Positions 41,192-52,661 are shown, counted from the first letter of the stretch. The stretch is DNA of 64,000 bases from Candidatus Izemoplasmatales bacterium (GCA_050949045.1 JBMNEZ010000001.1:768001-832000), one strand, 5' to 3'. The notes: generated by a model not told the origin, from the sequence alone. Numbers and translations are program-made.

Positions 41192-41944
41192 TCAAATCTG
41201 GATATCGAGGATCACCGGGCAGTGGTCGCTTCCGAAGATCTCGGTATCAATCTTGACGTCTTTTACCCTATCCATAATTCTCTTGGACACCAAGAAATAG
41301 TCAATCCGCCAACCGGCGTTGTTTGCCCTCGCGTTGAAACGATAGCTCCACCACGAGTACTTGACTGTTTCGGGATACAACTTCCTGAAAGTGTCCTCGA
41401 AGCCACTTTCAAGAAGAGCGGTGAACTTGTCACGCTCTTCAATCGTGAAACCGTGCTTGCCCTCATTTGCCTTGGGGTTCTTGAGGTCGATCTCCTTGTG
41501 GGCGACATTGAAATCACCGGTGACGATCACCGGCTTATCCATATCAAGCTTATTAAGATATGCCCTGAAATCATCTTCGAACACCATCCGGTAATCCAGA
41601 CGGGTCAAACCTTCCTGAGAATTGGGCACATAGACATTGACGAAATAAAAATCGGGATAGACGAGAGTGATGATCCTGCCTTCATCGTTATAGCCGGCAC
41701 CGTCGATCCCCATGATAACGTCCAGCGGTTTGTGCCTGGCATAAACAAGTGTTCCGGAATAGCCTTTTTTCTCAGCCGAATTCCAGTATTCCTCGTAACC
41801 TTCAAAATGAAAATCCTTTTGATCCTCCTGCATCTTCGTCTCTTGAATGGCAAACAAATCCGCATCAACACTCTCAAAGTAGTAGCGGAAGCCTTTCTTC
41901 ATTGCCGCTCTCAGGCCGTTAACGTTCCACGACACCATCCGCAC
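41192..41944 (-). CDS. exoA: Exodeoxyribonuclease III / AP endonuclease
   Basis: SWNVNGLRA, QETK, GDFNVAH, GWRIDYF, SDHCPV. Confidence 0.95.
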   Translation of the reverse strand: MRMVSWNVNGLRAAMKKGFRYYFESVDADLFAIQETKMQEDQKDFHFEGYEEYWNSAEKKGYSGTLVYARHKPLDVIMGIDGAGYNDEGRIITLVYPDFYFVNVYVPNSQEGLTRLDYRMVFEDDFRAYLNKLDMDKPVIVTGDFNVAHKEIDLKNPKANEGKHGFTIEERDKFTALLESGFEDTFRKLYPETVKYSWWSYRFNARANNAGWRIDYFLVSKRIMDRVKDVKIDTEIFGSDHCPVILDIQI

Positions 41945-42050
41945 GCTATCAATCCTTTCTTAAATCCCGGTCTCAACCCCGTTGTTCTCGCTAGGCTTGG
42001 TTATTGTTTATTTCATGTGTCTACATCATATCACAAATCGGGTGGTCGAT

Positions 42051-42608
42051 TCATTCTTGACCAATTGCGGGGGCCATGGTCTTTCCATGGATTTCCCTGT
42101 AGACCAGCCGACCATCAAGCCTGATAGACTCCATCAAACTCAAACGCTCGCTCCTTAGATGAACAGTGGGGACAACCAACGCATCCGGGCGATTGAGAAA
42201 GCCCTCCGCCCATCTCACCTTCCGCGCCAAGGTGAAATGGGGCCGGTATTGTCTTTGATCAATCACAAACCCCTCGTTAAGGCAGGCATGCCGGACGGAG
42301 TCGCAAAGGGCAATCAACTCCTTTGTCGGATCCAAATGCCAGACAAGGATGTCGTTCGCCCCCCGGTTGGCGAAAAACCCGATCTGTCGCGTCTTAACGA
42401 TAAAAGGATCAAAACTAATACTGTTAACGATCCTTTTCAGCCGGTCGCATCCGGCATCGTCGACTTCTCCGATAAATACGACGGTAAGATGGAGATTGCC
42501 AGCACTGGTGAAATTGCCACCATGGGCGTGTTCTTTGAATTTCAGGATCTGGGGATAGATCTTGTTGATTGCCCTCTGATCAGGAACAATAGCTAAAAAT
42601 AGTCTCAT
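42051..42608 (-). CDS. thpR: RNA 2',3'-cyclic phosphodiesterase (2H family)
   Basis: MRLFLAI, HLTV and HFTL HxT motifs. Confidence 0.92.
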   Translation of the reverse strand: MRLFLAIVPDQRAINKIYPQILKFKEHAHGGNFTSAGNLHLTVVFIGEVDDAGCDRLKRIVNSISFDPFIVKTRQIGFFANRGANDILVWHLDPTKELIALCDSVRHACLNEGFVIDQRQYRPHFTLARKVRWAEGFLNRPDALVVPTVHLRSERLSLMESIRLDGRLVYREIHGKTMAPAIGQE

Positions 42609-42837
42609 CGAACTGCTCCTTATTGTATTTGTCTTCCGTCGTCATAGCCATGACCTTCTTGACAGTACAAAACGGTTTACTTCTTCCCAATAAATGATCG
42701 AAGAACGAATTTGTCATACAGTAAAGGCTCGAAATCCAATTCAAAAACGCAATCTGTTTATAAAAATTATACCACGTCTTAAGCATCGAGACCACAAAAC
42801 ACGATAAACCAGAACAAAAAAACGGGTGTTCCCGTTT

Positions 42838-44409
42838 TTAGTTGGCTCCGATGATCACGCGGATGTTGTTGGGATCATCGACTCTGATGATCTTATTCTT
42901 ACGGATATACTCAATTACGAGTTCGGCGATATCATCATTGATTTCCTTGACGACTCTTTGTCCCCGATACATCGGAAATTCCCCGCCGCCTGAGGCGCGA
43001 TAATTATTCAAAGCGAGGGTAAAGACGTGGTGGTCTTTGACCGGCCTTCCTTGATAGGATAAGCTGACGATTCTCTCTCCATAAGGCTTTGCGACATCGA
43101 TGATGTACTCGATACCATCGAACATATCGTAATTGTAGTGCTCGTTCTTCGGATATGAAAAACGCGAGTTGAAAATAATCTTCCCATCTTCCAAATCAAA
43201 GTATTGGGCATTCTGTTCAAGCGCCATTTTCAGATGTTTTCCATCGATTTCAATAACGACAAGTGTATTTGGATAAACATAGGTGCTAAGCACATTCCTG
43301 ATCGTTATCTCTTTTGAAAAACCGGTGGCGCTATTTCCTAGTGAAGTGGCGCTGATCATCGCCCCGGTGCTTTCGATCTGCACCTTGTTGATCAAGGTCA
43401 CGATCTTGTGCTTCCTAAGCCTGGCCTGAAACAAATCAGTGATTAACAAATCATCATCTTGAACGATCCCGATCGGGATATCAAGATACTCTTGTGTAGC
43501 GAGTTCAATACTTTCGAGGATCTCGCCGAGGGCCGGATCCGATTCGCCAACAACGTCGGTGATGACCGATATCTCGCTTTCTGTTTTCTTCCATACGCCA
43601 TCCGTTTTCCGGAAATGACAGTCGACTTTTCCAAAGCCTTTGCCATTGTATGTTGGCTGTAAAACCAGGGTTTCACCGACTTTTTTTGCTATTGTGCGGT
43701 GCTGATGCGATGTCAGGAGCACGTCAATGCCTTCAATTTCTTTTAACATCTTCGAACCCTGGTTTTCACCGGTATCCTCGATGTATGGTTCAAAGGTGTC
43801 GAGATCACATTCGAAGCCTCCATGGTAGGCAACAACGACAAGATCGGGATTGTGGCGGGAGCGGACGAGTTTGACATATTTCTTGGTAGCCTCGAAGGCG
43901 TCTTGGAAACTGAGCCCTTCGATATTCGCCTTCCGCTCCCAAATGGGGATGTAATGTGTGGTGATTCCGATAATGGCTATGGTTGGCCCTCCGGGGAAAC
44001 TTTTGATCTCATAGGGGGCCCCGAAGGCCGGCTGGTTGTTGCGACAAATGTTGGCGCAAAGCGACTTTGCCTTGAGTTGAGACAAAAAATCATCAAGGTA
44101 GTCCTGCCCATAGTTGAAATCATGGTTACCGGGGACAAAAAGATCGTAGTCAAGATAGTTAAGCGCCATCGCGGCGGGATTTTGGTATTTGGTCCGGTTC
44201 TGTTCATGGAAACTCATCAAAGGGCTTCCTTGAAGCAGGTCTCCAAGATCAATCAGGAGCGTCCGTTCATCCTTCATCGCCTTCAGGCTTGCGGATATTC
44301 TCGCAAATCCGTGGTTTGACGGCTTTCCCGATGCATAATCGACAGCCAAAAACTGGCCGTGAAGGTCAGCGGTTACTAGGATCCGGAAACGAAAATCAGC
44401 GTCATTCAT
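42838..44409 (-). CDS. Bifunctional metallophosphatase / 2',3'-cyclic-nucleotide 2'-phosphodiesterase-5'-nucleotidase
   Basis: TADLHG, DLGDLLQGSP, GNHDFNYG, YVYPNTL, NNYRASGGG; no signal peptide. Confidence 0.9.
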   Translation of the reverse strand: MNDADFRFRILVTADLHGQFLAVDYASGKPSNHGFARISASLKAMKDERTLLIDLGDLLQGSPLMSFHEQNRTKYQNPAAMALNYLDYDLFVPGNHDFNYGQDYLDDFLSQLKAKSLCANICRNNQPAFGAPYEIKSFPGGPTIAIIGITTHYIPIWERKANIEGLSFQDAFEATKKYVKLVRSRHNPDLVVVAYHGGFECDLDTFEPYIEDTGENQGSKMLKEIEGIDVLLTSHQHRTIAKKVGETLVLQPTYNGKGFGKVDCHFRKTDGVWKKTESEISVITDVVGESDPALGEILESIELATQEYLDIPIGIVQDDDLLITDLFQARLRKHKIVTLINKVQIESTGAMISATSLGNSATGFSKEITIRNVLSTYVYPNTLVVIEIDGKHLKMALEQNAQYFDLEDGKIIFNSRFSYPKNEHYNYDMFDGIEYIIDVAKPYGERIVSLSYQGRPVKDHHVFTLALNNYRASGGGEFPMYRGQRVVKEINDDIAELVIEYIRKNKIIRVDDPNNIRVIIGAN

Positions 44410-44567
44410 CGAAGATCACCATAAAAACATGTTGGCGGGCAATAGTCTTACACCTGCTCTGCTTCAGTTTATAAAAATGGATATAAAAACCGGTAATCGA
44501 TCGCCCTTGATTATTTACAGTCTTTCCTTTGGTAAGGCAGTAGGTAAATGGCGAACTGCCAAGTATC

Positions 44568-44864
44568 CTAATCTTCCTCGCCGTGATGGCCGACAATCGG
44601 CCCTTCCTTGAAGAGGTTGTCTCTCAGCTCCTTGTCGAGCACGGGCAAATGTCTGCGCAAATACTCAAGCGTCATGGCCGCATGTTCCAATTCTTCATCC
44701 CGGTTATGGACAAGTATTTCCCTCAGTTCGACGTCTTTGGTGGCGTTGACGCGTTGATTGTACCAATCGACTGCCTCAAATTCCTCAATCAAGCTGCGGA
44801 TAGCTCTGGTAATATCTTTAGTTTCTTCGCTTAACAATTCAAGCGGCTCGTGATATTGGTTCAT
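44568..44864 (-). CDS. Encapsulin-associated-type ferritin-like protein (EncFtn family)
   Basis: YHEP...RAIRSLIEEFEAVDWYNQR...HNRDEELEHAAMTLEYLRR. Confidence 0.9.
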   Translation of the reverse strand: MNQYHEPLELLSEETKDITRAIRSLIEEFEAVDWYNQRVNATKDVELREILVHNRDEELEHAAMTLEYLRRHLPVLDKELRDNLFKEGPIVGHHGEED

Positions 44865-44946
44865 AAATACCTCCTTGCGTATCACAATATTTCTTACTTA
44901 ATTATAACATAACTGACCGCCACAAACAAAACAACTGCCCTAGCGA

Positions 44947-46119
44947 TCAGTGTTTGGTGTGAGAAAAGAGCCAATCAAAAAAGGATCTGCCATCACTGTC
45001 TTTCGCATCGTTCAACGGTTCCAGCCACGCCCAGTGCCCATCGTAAAGGTATGGAGTTCCATCGCTTTCAAAGAAAGCGCCGTGCCTGTCTCGGATTTCG
45101 TCCACAAGGCTGAGATGGACATCCGATGCGCCGGCTTGAACAAGCCTTTCGAATGTCATGACAGTGCAGAGATCGCTCGGCACAACGGTATCGGCGCTGC
45201 AGGCGAAAAACCAAGTTGGGACCGTTTTGATATTCTGGATATCTTTATCCGTCAGCCAGCGGTCAAAACACGCTTCGGAGGTGGGAAAGGCAGCCGCAAA
45301 CAGCTCCGGATGGTCCGCAATCAACCTGATCGCCATAAAACCGCCATTCGAACAGCCGCCAATATACACCCTTTCTCTGTCGATCGCGGGATAGTTGTCC
45401 AAAATGCTATTGATAAGGCCGATCAAAGGTTTTGAATACAAAGATCTGCCAGAGTCGGTGTAGTGGCCATTGCCTTCATCCATCCACATTGTTCCTGCCT
45501 GCGGAATCAAGATAAAAAAGCCGCCGAAACGATTTTGTATCTCATCACGCTTCAAATATGAGATCGGATTCCCAAGGATGGCTACCCGAGGATCATCGCC
45601 GCCCTCCTTGGCACCGTGGAGCCAGATGACAAGCGGTCGCTTTGATGTTAGATCGCCCGGCGAAAAGAGGCCGTATGCCAGCAATATTTTGGAGTTATGG
45701 CGATATTTGTCATAACTGAATCCGTCCAGATCGGGCATTTCCAGAATCGATTCCAGGATTTCAACGGTATCCTCATAAACAAAATCGCCAAGAACGAACG
45801 GTTTGTTTGTGTGAACAAGCAAATCGATCTTCTCGGCGAAGCGATCATGGTGGGTCAAATAATCATATGTCAGGGGCGATAGATGGTAATTGTCGGGATG
45901 GCAGATGAGTTTTAACAATAACTCGTTATCATTTATGCCCGCACTCGCAATCTCAACCAAGTAGGGTGTGTTCTTTTTCTTTATGATGATTGTGAATGTA
46001 TCGCGCATCAGACCAGAATCGTTAAGAGGAGCCGGAAAAGAAAAGACGATCGAGCTTATCGCCGGGCCAAAATCAAAAGCTTCAACGATCAAACGGCATT
46101 TCAAGATAGCGCCTTTCAC
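44947..46119 (-). CDS. Alpha/beta-hydrolase (predicted peptidase/esterase)
   Basis: PLVIWLHGAKEGG, GCSNGG nucleophile elbow, GHWAW. Confidence 0.85.
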   Translation of the reverse strand: MKGAILKCRLIVEAFDFGPAISSIVFSFPAPLNDSGLMRDTFTIIIKKKNTPYLVEIASAGINDNELLLKLICHPDNYHLSPLTYDYLTHHDRFAEKIDLLVHTNKPFVLGDFVYEDTVEILESILEMPDLDGFSYDKYRHNSKILLAYGLFSPGDLTSKRPLVIWLHGAKEGGDDPRVAILGNPISYLKRDEIQNRFGGFFILIPQAGTMWMDEGNGHYTDSGRSLYSKPLIGLINSILDNYPAIDRERVYIGGCSNGGFMAIRLIADHPELFAAAFPTSEACFDRWLTDKDIQNIKTVPTWFFACSADTVVPSDLCTVMTFERLVQAGASDVHLSLVDEIRDRHGAFFESDGTPYLYDGHWAWLEPLNDAKDSDGRSFFDWLFSHTKH

Positions 46120-46330
46120 CTAAACACCCCCACAGACTGGATCGTTAGCCATTATTATAGCGGAACACCCCCGTCTTTGGCAATAAGTTACAAAAAATAG
46201 TAGAGCCCTTTTTCTTAGAACCTACTTTTAAGGGGGCGCTTCAATTGGTGCTTTTTATTGTTTTCCCCCGAAAAAGTAACCATTTTCACTCATCTAGGGT
46301 ATAATAGAAGCATCATATGAGGAGGTTTGA

Positions 46331-47551
46331 ATGAAGAAGCACGTCCGTTTCCGCCACCATCTGACCTTCGCATTTCTCCGGTTCATTTTCAGATGGTACC
46401 TCTTTTTCCGCTATAATTTCAAACGGCGTTATTTTCATTTGGACAGCCCCGGACCGCAGCTGTTGTTGTTCAACCATGCCGCGAATATCGATGGCTATGT
46501 CGTTGGCTGTTCTTTTCGTAGGCCCGTCTATTTCGTGTCGACCGAACATCTCTTCAGCGTCAAAGGCTTGTCATGGCTCGTCGACTATCTGATTGCCCCG
46601 ATAACGATCCAAAAGAACCGTCCCGATCTCAGCGCTGTCAGAAAAATCATCAAAGTCGCCAAAGAAGGTGGATTGATCGCTCTGTCTCCCGAGGGAAACA
46701 CCACATTCACTGGTGAAAGTCCGAGGTTTGACCTCAATCTGGTAAAACTCGTAAAGAAGCTGAAGATTCCTTTGGTCTTTTTCCATATCAAAGGCAACTA
46801 TCTGTCCAATCCCCGCTGGGGAAAGAGTATTCGGAAAAACCGCATCACCTGCGAGATCACCTGCACTTTGAATCCCCAGGAAATCGCTGACAAAAGTGAG
46901 ACTGAACTCTACGAACTCATTAGAAAAAGCCATTATGTCAATGCCTATCAAGATCAGCTGACCAACCCGCTTGTGTATCGTTCAAAAGCGCCGGCTCTCT
47001 ATCTTGAAAGAGTGTTGATTGTTTGCCCGAAATGCCGGGCTTTCGACCGATTGTATTCAGAAGGGGCCCATATTCGCTGTCGCAATTGCGACTTGGACAT
47101 GAGCCTTGACGAATACGCTTTCTTCAATGACAACCCCTATAATTTCCAAACGGTGATCGATTGGGACAACTGGCAGAAACCCGTCATCAAGTCAATCCTC
47201 TCTCTTTACCCCGTTGATCGCCCGCTGTTTTCACCAGCAGTCGTCAAAGTCTTGGAACACGTCAAAACCAACAAACCCTACAGCCACAAGAAGCGGCTGG
47301 GAAAGGCAACCTTTACCATGACAATGTCTGCGTTTACGCTGACGTTTCAGGATAGAACCGTGATCCTGCCCTTTGATTCAATCGAAGAAGTAGCGATCGC
47401 GGACAAGAACCAGTTCTTTTTGTACTTTCCACAAGCGAATACCTTGATGCTGTTCGGGACCGGCCGCTTCGGTCCCTACAAGTACCTTATCGCCTATCAG
47501 ATCGCCATGGGGAAAAAAAGGAATCAGGAGCCTTTGTATCTGGGGATATGA
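46331..47551 (+). CDS. Lysophospholipid acyltransferase (PlsC-like) with Zn-ribbon
   Basis: NHAANID, SPEGNTT, CPKC...CRNC. Confidence 0.85.
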   Translation: MKKHVRFRHHLTFAFLRFIFRWYLFFRYNFKRRYFHLDSPGPQLLLFNHAANIDGYVVGCSFRRPVYFVSTEHLFSVKGLSWLVDYLIAPITIQKNRPDLSAVRKIIKVAKEGGLIALSPEGNTTFTGESPRFDLNLVKLVKKLKIPLVFFHIKGNYLSNPRWGKSIRKNRITCEITCTLNPQEIADKSETELYELIRKSHYVNAYQDQLTNPLVYRSKAPALYLERVLIVCPKCRAFDRLYSEGAHIRCRNCDLDMSLDEYAFFNDNPYNFQTVIDWDNWQKPVIKSILSLYPVDRPLFSPAVVKVLEHVKTNKPYSHKKRLGKATFTMTMSAFTLTFQDRTVILPFDSIEEVAIADKNQFFLYFPQANTLMLFGTGRFGPYKYLIAYQIAMGKKRNQEPLYLGI

Positions 47552-47712
47552 AAAGAAGTCCGAAACCACCGGACTTCTTCTTTTTTAGTACCTTCTTTTT
47601 AAAACGAACACCTGTCGCGATCAGCTGTTCAAAGCACTTCCCGTCTGAGCTGGAAGTGTTTCCAAAACTTGGAATGCCAATCCAAAATAACCTTAATGAA
47701 ATGATGCTTATA

Positions 47713-48708
47713 TTACCTAGTGCCTTGGTCATAGACCTGACCGACAGCCTTTGGAGCGCGGCTGGATTTGCTCGACAGTGCAAGCACGATCAGCGTCGCT
47801 ATATAAGGAACCATCGAATAAAAGTCGTTTGACAAATTGAGATCCTGCAAAAAGGGTATCGCTGAGTATGCGGCGCCGATGGTCGTCATCAAACCGAAGA
47901 AGAAGGCCGCAAACAAGACGCGGAAAGGCTTCCAGTTCCCAAAAATCAAGACGGCGATTGCCAGAAAGCCGTAGCCGGAAACCGTTCCCTCGAACGATTT
48001 CGCCATCGAGATGGCGAACAAGAAGCCGCCGGCACCGGCGAGAAACCCGGAAATCAGGACCGCCCGGTAACGGATATGGTAAATATTGACGCCAAGCGAA
48101 TCGGCTGCGTGCGGATTCTCTCCGCACGACCTGAGTCTGAGACCTTCCTTGGTTTTGTAAAGGAAAATATAAGCAACGATCAAGATGATGATACCGATAT
48201 AGAAGCCGGCGTTGACACCCTTAAAAAATAGATCACCGATTACAGGAATATCTCCGAGAAAACCGACAGACTGCATCTTGAAGACGGTTTTGAAAAAGAT
48301 CTGTTTCCCGCCGATGACAGTCCTAGCAATATAAAACGCAAGCGCCGGAGCAATCAGGTTCAACGCCGTCGCTGAAATTGTCTGGTCGGCTTTCATCGAG
48401 ATCGAGGCATAGGCGTGTAACCAAGAAAACAGGAGTCCGGTGATGCCGCCAATCAGCATTCCGAGGATGAGCAAACCGCTTTTTTGCCAGTTGGACTGGG
48501 CCAAGGCGGCCTCGTTGGTCGCAGGCTCGATGATCGAAATCACCCACACCGAAACGAACGCGCCCATGATCATGATGCCTTCGAGAGCGATGTTGGTGAC
48601 ACCGCTACGCTCACAGATCATCGCCCCGATAGCGACGATTAATAACGGAATCATTGTTGTGATCGTCGAGCCGATCAAATCATAGATTGAGTACGCGAGC
48701 ATCATCAT
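47713..48708 (-). CDS. Nucleoside ABC transporter permease (NupC-like)
   Basis: ERSGVTNIALEGIM, LRSCGENPHAADSLG, GFLAIA. Confidence 0.9.
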   Translation of the reverse strand: MMMLAYSIYDLIGSTITTMIPLLIVAIGAMICERSGVTNIALEGIMIMGAFVSVWVISIIEPATNEAALAQSNWQKSGLLILGMLIGGITGLLFSWLHAYASISMKADQTISATALNLIAPALAFYIARTVIGGKQIFFKTVFKMQSVGFLGDIPVIGDLFFKGVNAGFYIGIIILIVAYIFLYKTKEGLRLRSCGENPHAADSLGVNIYHIRYRAVLISGFLAGAGGFLFAISMAKSFEGTVSGYGFLAIAVLIFGNWKPFRVLFAAFFFGLMTTIGAAYSAIPFLQDLNLSNDFYSMVPYIATLIVLALSSKSSRAPKAVGQVYDQGTR

Positions 48709-49919
48709 TCATCACCTCCCGCGGTGACAATTTGTTGTTTGGAGATGATTTTTTCCGCTTTCAGTTTTGCTATTTTCTCTCTTCTGTTTTTGACGAACTG
48801 ATAGAGCATGGTCGACAAGGCACTGAAATAGATGATGACAGCGATGATAACATCGGCCATTTCCTTCATATAATTTGCCATTTCCATGTAATAGCCGCCC
48901 TGTCTAAGATAAGCCAGAAATAATCCGGCAAACAAAACACCGACGGGCTGAGTCAATCCGAGAAGCGCAACGGATATGCCATCAAAGCCCACCGACATCA
49001 ATTCAGCCGACATCATATCCCTTGTGACCCAAACATATTTGCCCGGTATCAGCACAAAAACCGCTCCCGCGATTCCGGCCAAACAGCCCGAAATCGCCAT
49101 CGAGATGATGATGTTACGCTTGGTATCCATACCAGCGTATCTGCTGGCGTCTTTGTTGAAGCCAACCGCTTTCAGCTGGTAGCCGAGCGTTGTTTTGTTC
49201 AAGATGATAAAAATGACGATTACCGCAAGGATGGCGATCAAAATGCCGATGTCGAGATCATAGTATCCGAAGATGGCAAGTTCGCGGTGTGGCAACAAGG
49301 CCGTGACATTGACGGCTTTTGTGTGCTGGGTATTCCCATCCAGCATTCTGTTTCCCTTGATGATGATAAAAGCGGTGTACATCGCCACATAGTTCATCAT
49401 AATCGAGGAAACGACTTCATGGACGTTGAGGATTGCTTTCAGAAAGCCGACGATCGTTCCCCAGAGGCAAGCAGCAACCATCCCGCCCAGCAAGGCAAGC
49501 ATCCAGTGGAACGGAGCGGGCAGCGAGAGCTTCATGCCGATAACTACGGCAGTCAGGCTTCCCATAATCATTTGGCCGGGAACACCGATGTTGAAGAGGC
49601 CGGTCCGGAAAGCGAACGCAACCGCCAATCCGGCGAGGATCAGGGGAGCGGAACTGTAAAGCATGTCTCCGAAACTTTCCATGCCTTCATTGAACCCCCC
49701 GGCTAAAAGCAAGGAAACGCCATAGAAGAAGTCCGGATTATTATGGGTTTTCAAGACGCCGATAACGCTGAGGAGCCAGATGATGAACATCGTCACAATG
49801 CCAAACCCGATGCCGAAACCAATGGCGATGAAACTTGGCGTCGCAGGCGCGAGCCTTTTCAAAGCGAATGTTCTTTTTGCCCATTCCTTCAGTTTGGCCA
49901 TAATCGCTTTAACTTTCAA
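48705..49919 (-). CDS. Nucleoside ABC transporter permease (NupB-like)
   Basis: GLFNIGVPGQ, HEVVSSIMMNY, GFDGISVALL. Confidence 0.9.
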   Translation of the reverse strand: MKVKAIMAKLKEWAKRTFALKRLAPATPSFIAIGFGIGFGIVTMFIIWLLSVIGVLKTHNNPDFFYGVSLLLAGGFNEGMESFGDMLYSSAPLILAGLAVAFAFRTGLFNIGVPGQMIMGSLTAVVIGMKLSLPAPFHWMLALLGGMVAACLWGTIVGFLKAILNVHEVVSSIMMNYVAMYTAFIIIKGNRMLDGNTQHTKAVNVTALLPHRELAIFGYYDLDIGILIAILAVIVIFIILNKTTLGYQLKAVGFNKDASRYAGMDTKRNIIISMAISGCLAGIAGAVFVLIPGKYVWVTRDMMSAELMSVGFDGISVALLGLTQPVGVLFAGLFLAYLRQGGYYMEMANYMKEMADVIIAVIIYFSALSTMLYQFVKNRREKIAKLKAEKIISKQQIVTAGGDE

Positions 49920-51444
49920 GTTCGATCACCTTCTTTTTGGAACCGGACATGTAGAGCCCGATCTCGTGGAAGGATGTTTTTTTAGGCTCAAGTTCGGCGA
50001 CGATCATGCCCTCGAAAATCACGAGGATGCGATCGGAAATATTCATGACCTCGTCAAGTTCAAGCGACACCAAGAGCACCGCCTTGCCGTTATCCCGCTC
50101 CTCGATCAGTTTGTCATGGATGTACTCGATAGCGCCGATGTCGAGCCCTCTTGTCGGCTGCATCGCAATTAGTAATTCCGGTTGTCGAGAAATTTCCCGG
50201 GCAACGATCGTTTTTTGCTGGTTCCCTCCGGACATCGAACGCGTCAGCGAGTTTGCCCCGAGCGCGGAACGAATGTCGAATTTCTCGATCAAGCGGTTCG
50301 CATTATCCAAGATGGCTTCTTTTTTTAGAAATCCTCGTTTTTGAAACTCCGGGAGATGGTAGGACTGGAGAATCAGATTCTCCGCCAAGGTGAAGTCTAA
50401 GACAAGTCCGTGCTTGTGCCTGTCTTCGGGTATATGGCCGATGCCCATCATGAGCCTACTACGAATCGATTTTTTAGTAATGTCTTTGTCTTTGAAAAAC
50501 AGCTTGCCGCCGGTAGCGTTCAGTAACCCGGTTATCACCCCGATCAGTTCGGTTTGGCCATTGCCATCGATCCCGGCAATCCCGAGGATCTCGCCCTGCC
50601 TCAGCGAGAAACTGACATCTTTGACGCTGTATTTCTTGTTAATTTGATTATAATAAGTCAGATTTTCGACACGGAAAATTTCCTTTTGAACGTTGGCCGG
50701 TTTTTTTTCGATATCAAAACTGACTTTCCGACCGACCATCATTTCGGCCAAGACATCGATTGAGACATCCTTGACATCAACTGTCCCAACCATTTCACCT
50801 TTTCTAAGAACGGTGCAGCGGTCGGCAACGGCCATCACTTCCGCCAGTTTATGGGTGATGATGACGATTGATTTTCCGTCTTCTTTGAAATTTTTGATTG
50901 TTTGCATCAATTCGTCAACTTCCTGGGGCGTGAGGACAGCGGTAGGTTCATCGAAAATCAAGATGTCCGCATCCCGATAAAGCATTTTCAAGATCTCGAC
51001 TCTTTGTTGCATGCCGACGCTGATATCCTTGATATAGGCGTCGGGATCGACATAGAGCTTGTATTTTTCACGCAACTCGATAATTTTCTTGCGAGAATTT
51101 TCTCTTGTTAAGAATCCATGTTTCGTTTCTTCCATCCCTAAGATGATGTTTTCGGTAACCGTGAAAACATCCACCAATTTGAAGTGCTGATGGACCATGC
51201 CGATCTTCATGCGGTTGGCATCATTGGGATTTTTGATCGTTACGGCTTTGCCGTTATATCGGATCTCACCGGCATCAGCCTGATACAAACCAAACAAAAT
51301 CGACATCAACGTGCTTTTCCCGGCGCCATTCTCACCAACTAATGCGTGGACTTCACCTTTTTTTAGTTGAAACGTGATGTCGTGGTTTGCCCTCAGCGTA
51401 CCGAAGTACTTGTGGATATGCAGCATTTCGATAATGTAATCCAT
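49909..51444 (-). CDS. Nucleoside ABC transporter ATP-binding protein (NupA-like)
   Basis: [30 protein letters not shown]. Confidence 0.93.
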   Translation of the reverse strand: MDYIIEMLHIHKYFGTLRANHDITFQLKKGEVHALVGENGAGKSTLMSILFGLYQADAGEIRYNGKAVTIKNPNDANRMKIGMVHQHFKLVDVFTVTENIILGMEETKHGFLTRENSRKKIIELREKYKLYVDPDAYIKDISVGMQQRVEILKMLYRDADILIFDEPTAVLTPQEVDELMQTIKNFKEDGKSIVIITHKLAEVMAVADRCTVLRKGEMVGTVDVKDVSIDVLAEMMVGRKVSFDIEKKPANVQKEIFRVENLTYYNQINKKYSVKDVSFSLRQGEILGIAGIDGNGQTELIGVITGLLNATGGKLFFKDKDITKKSIRSRLMMGIGHIPEDRHKHGLVLDFTLAENLILQSYHLPEFQKRGFLKKEAILDNANRLIEKFDIRSALGANSLTRSMSGGNQQKTIVAREISRQPELLIAMQPTRGLDIGAIEYIHDKLIEERDNGKAVLLVSLELDEVMNISDRILVIFEGMIVAELEPKKTSFHEIGLYMSGSKKKVIELES

Positions 51445-51481
51445 TAGACCACCTCATCATATGCATGAGCGTTTCTTGAAA

Positions 51482-51511
51482 GAAGGAAGGATTGAAGCGA
51501 ATCCTTCCTTC
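51482..51511. terminator. Intergenic stem-loop after BMP gene
   Basis: GAAGGAAGGATT-GAAGCG-AATCCTTCCTTC. Confidence 0.6.
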
Positions 51512-51548
51512 AGTTATTCAAGAACCGCAATAGAAATAAAAATTATTC

Positions 51549-52661
51549 TTATTCAGCGTCTTCCGCGGGTTCAGCTTTCGCAACCAAATCGGCATTGCTG
51601 ACGCCAAGGCCTTGCAAGAAAGCGCCTAGGCTTGACTTGTCGTTCGTGGGAACAACGATCGTCCCGTCGACGACCAATGGGAGAATGTGTTGATAGGCTG
51701 CAACTGCCGCATCTTCATGGGTACCGAATCTTGAGAAATCAGCAGGAAGCGAGACTCCGCCTTCGGCTGCGCCAAGCGAGATCGTCCGGCCACCATCCCA
51801 GGTGTCGCCGTAGAAATCTTCGAGAGCGGCAATGGCTGCTTCGCCAACACCCTTGAGAGCGGAAGTGATGACAGATGTAGAGTCTCCAGATTGGTCAGCG
51901 TCAACGCCGATGACCCACTTGCCCGTTTGTTCTTCAGCAGCGGACATCGCCGATGACCCTGCACCGCCAGCGGCCGCAAAAATCACCTCAACACCGGCAC
52001 TGTACCAAGCAGTAGCCTTACTCTGCGCATCAGGTGTCGGAGCGAACGAGCCAAGGTATTCGTAGTGATCTGCGGTGAAAGTGATCTGCTTGTCCATCTC
52101 ATCGGCGGCATAATAGGCGCCGGCAACATAGCCGATCCCAAAACGCTGAACAGCAGGAACGCTCATTCCGCCGAAGAATCCGAGGTTAGTAAACTTGCCA
52201 CTCTTGACGGCGACATAACCGGCTAGGAATCCGACTTCATGCTCATCAAAAAGAATGTTGAGCGTGTTTTCCTCTGTTTTGTAAGTTTCATAGTCGGCAG
52301 TATGCGGCTCACCATCAATAAGGACAAACTTCACATCAGGATACAACGACTGAGCCTTATAAATAGCAGTCTCGAACAAGTATCCCGGTGTGACAACGAT
52401 TTTCGCCCCGCCCCTCACAGCAAGTTTGATTGCTCTCAGATAGGCTTTGTCAGATACTTCTCTTGGTTTGTAGTACTTGTATGATTTCTCATTTGCCGTT
52501 GCATATTCAACGATTCCCTCCCAAGTACTCTGGTTGAAGGATTTGTCGTCGATGCCTCCGGAGTCAGTGACCATGGCGATTTCGTACTTTTCACCAGCAC
52601 AAGAAGCCATGGTAAACACACTCGCAAAAACCAAAGCAATTACTAGTAATGCTTTCTTCAT
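51549..52661 (-). CDS. BMP-family nucleoside-binding lipoprotein
   Basis: Lipobox MASC, DKSFNQSTWEG, AAGGAG, IGVDADQ. Confidence 0.93.
   Translation of the reverse strand: MKKALLVIALVFASVFTMASCAGEKYEIAMVTDSGGIDDKSFNQSTWEGIVEYATANEKSYKYYKPREVSDKAYLRAIKLAVRGGAKIVVTPGYLFETAIYKAQSLYPDVKFVLIDGEPHTADYETYKTEENTLNILFDEHEVGFLAGYVAVKSGKFTNLGFFGGMSVPAVQRFGIGYVAGAYYAADEMDKQITFTADHYEYLGSFAPTPDAQSKATAWYSAGVEVIFAAAGGAGSSAMSAAEEQTGKWVIGVDADQSGDSTSVITSALKGVGEAAIAALEDFYGDTWDGGRTISLGAAEGGVSLPADFSRFGTHEDAAVAAYQHILPLVVDGTIVVPTNDKSSLGAFLQGLGVSNADLVAKAEPAEDAE

Noticed and set aside
41222..42124. 300-aa plus-strand ORF and many other overlapping ORFs in 30-63 kb
   Set aside because: Antisense shadows of well-supported minus-strand genes
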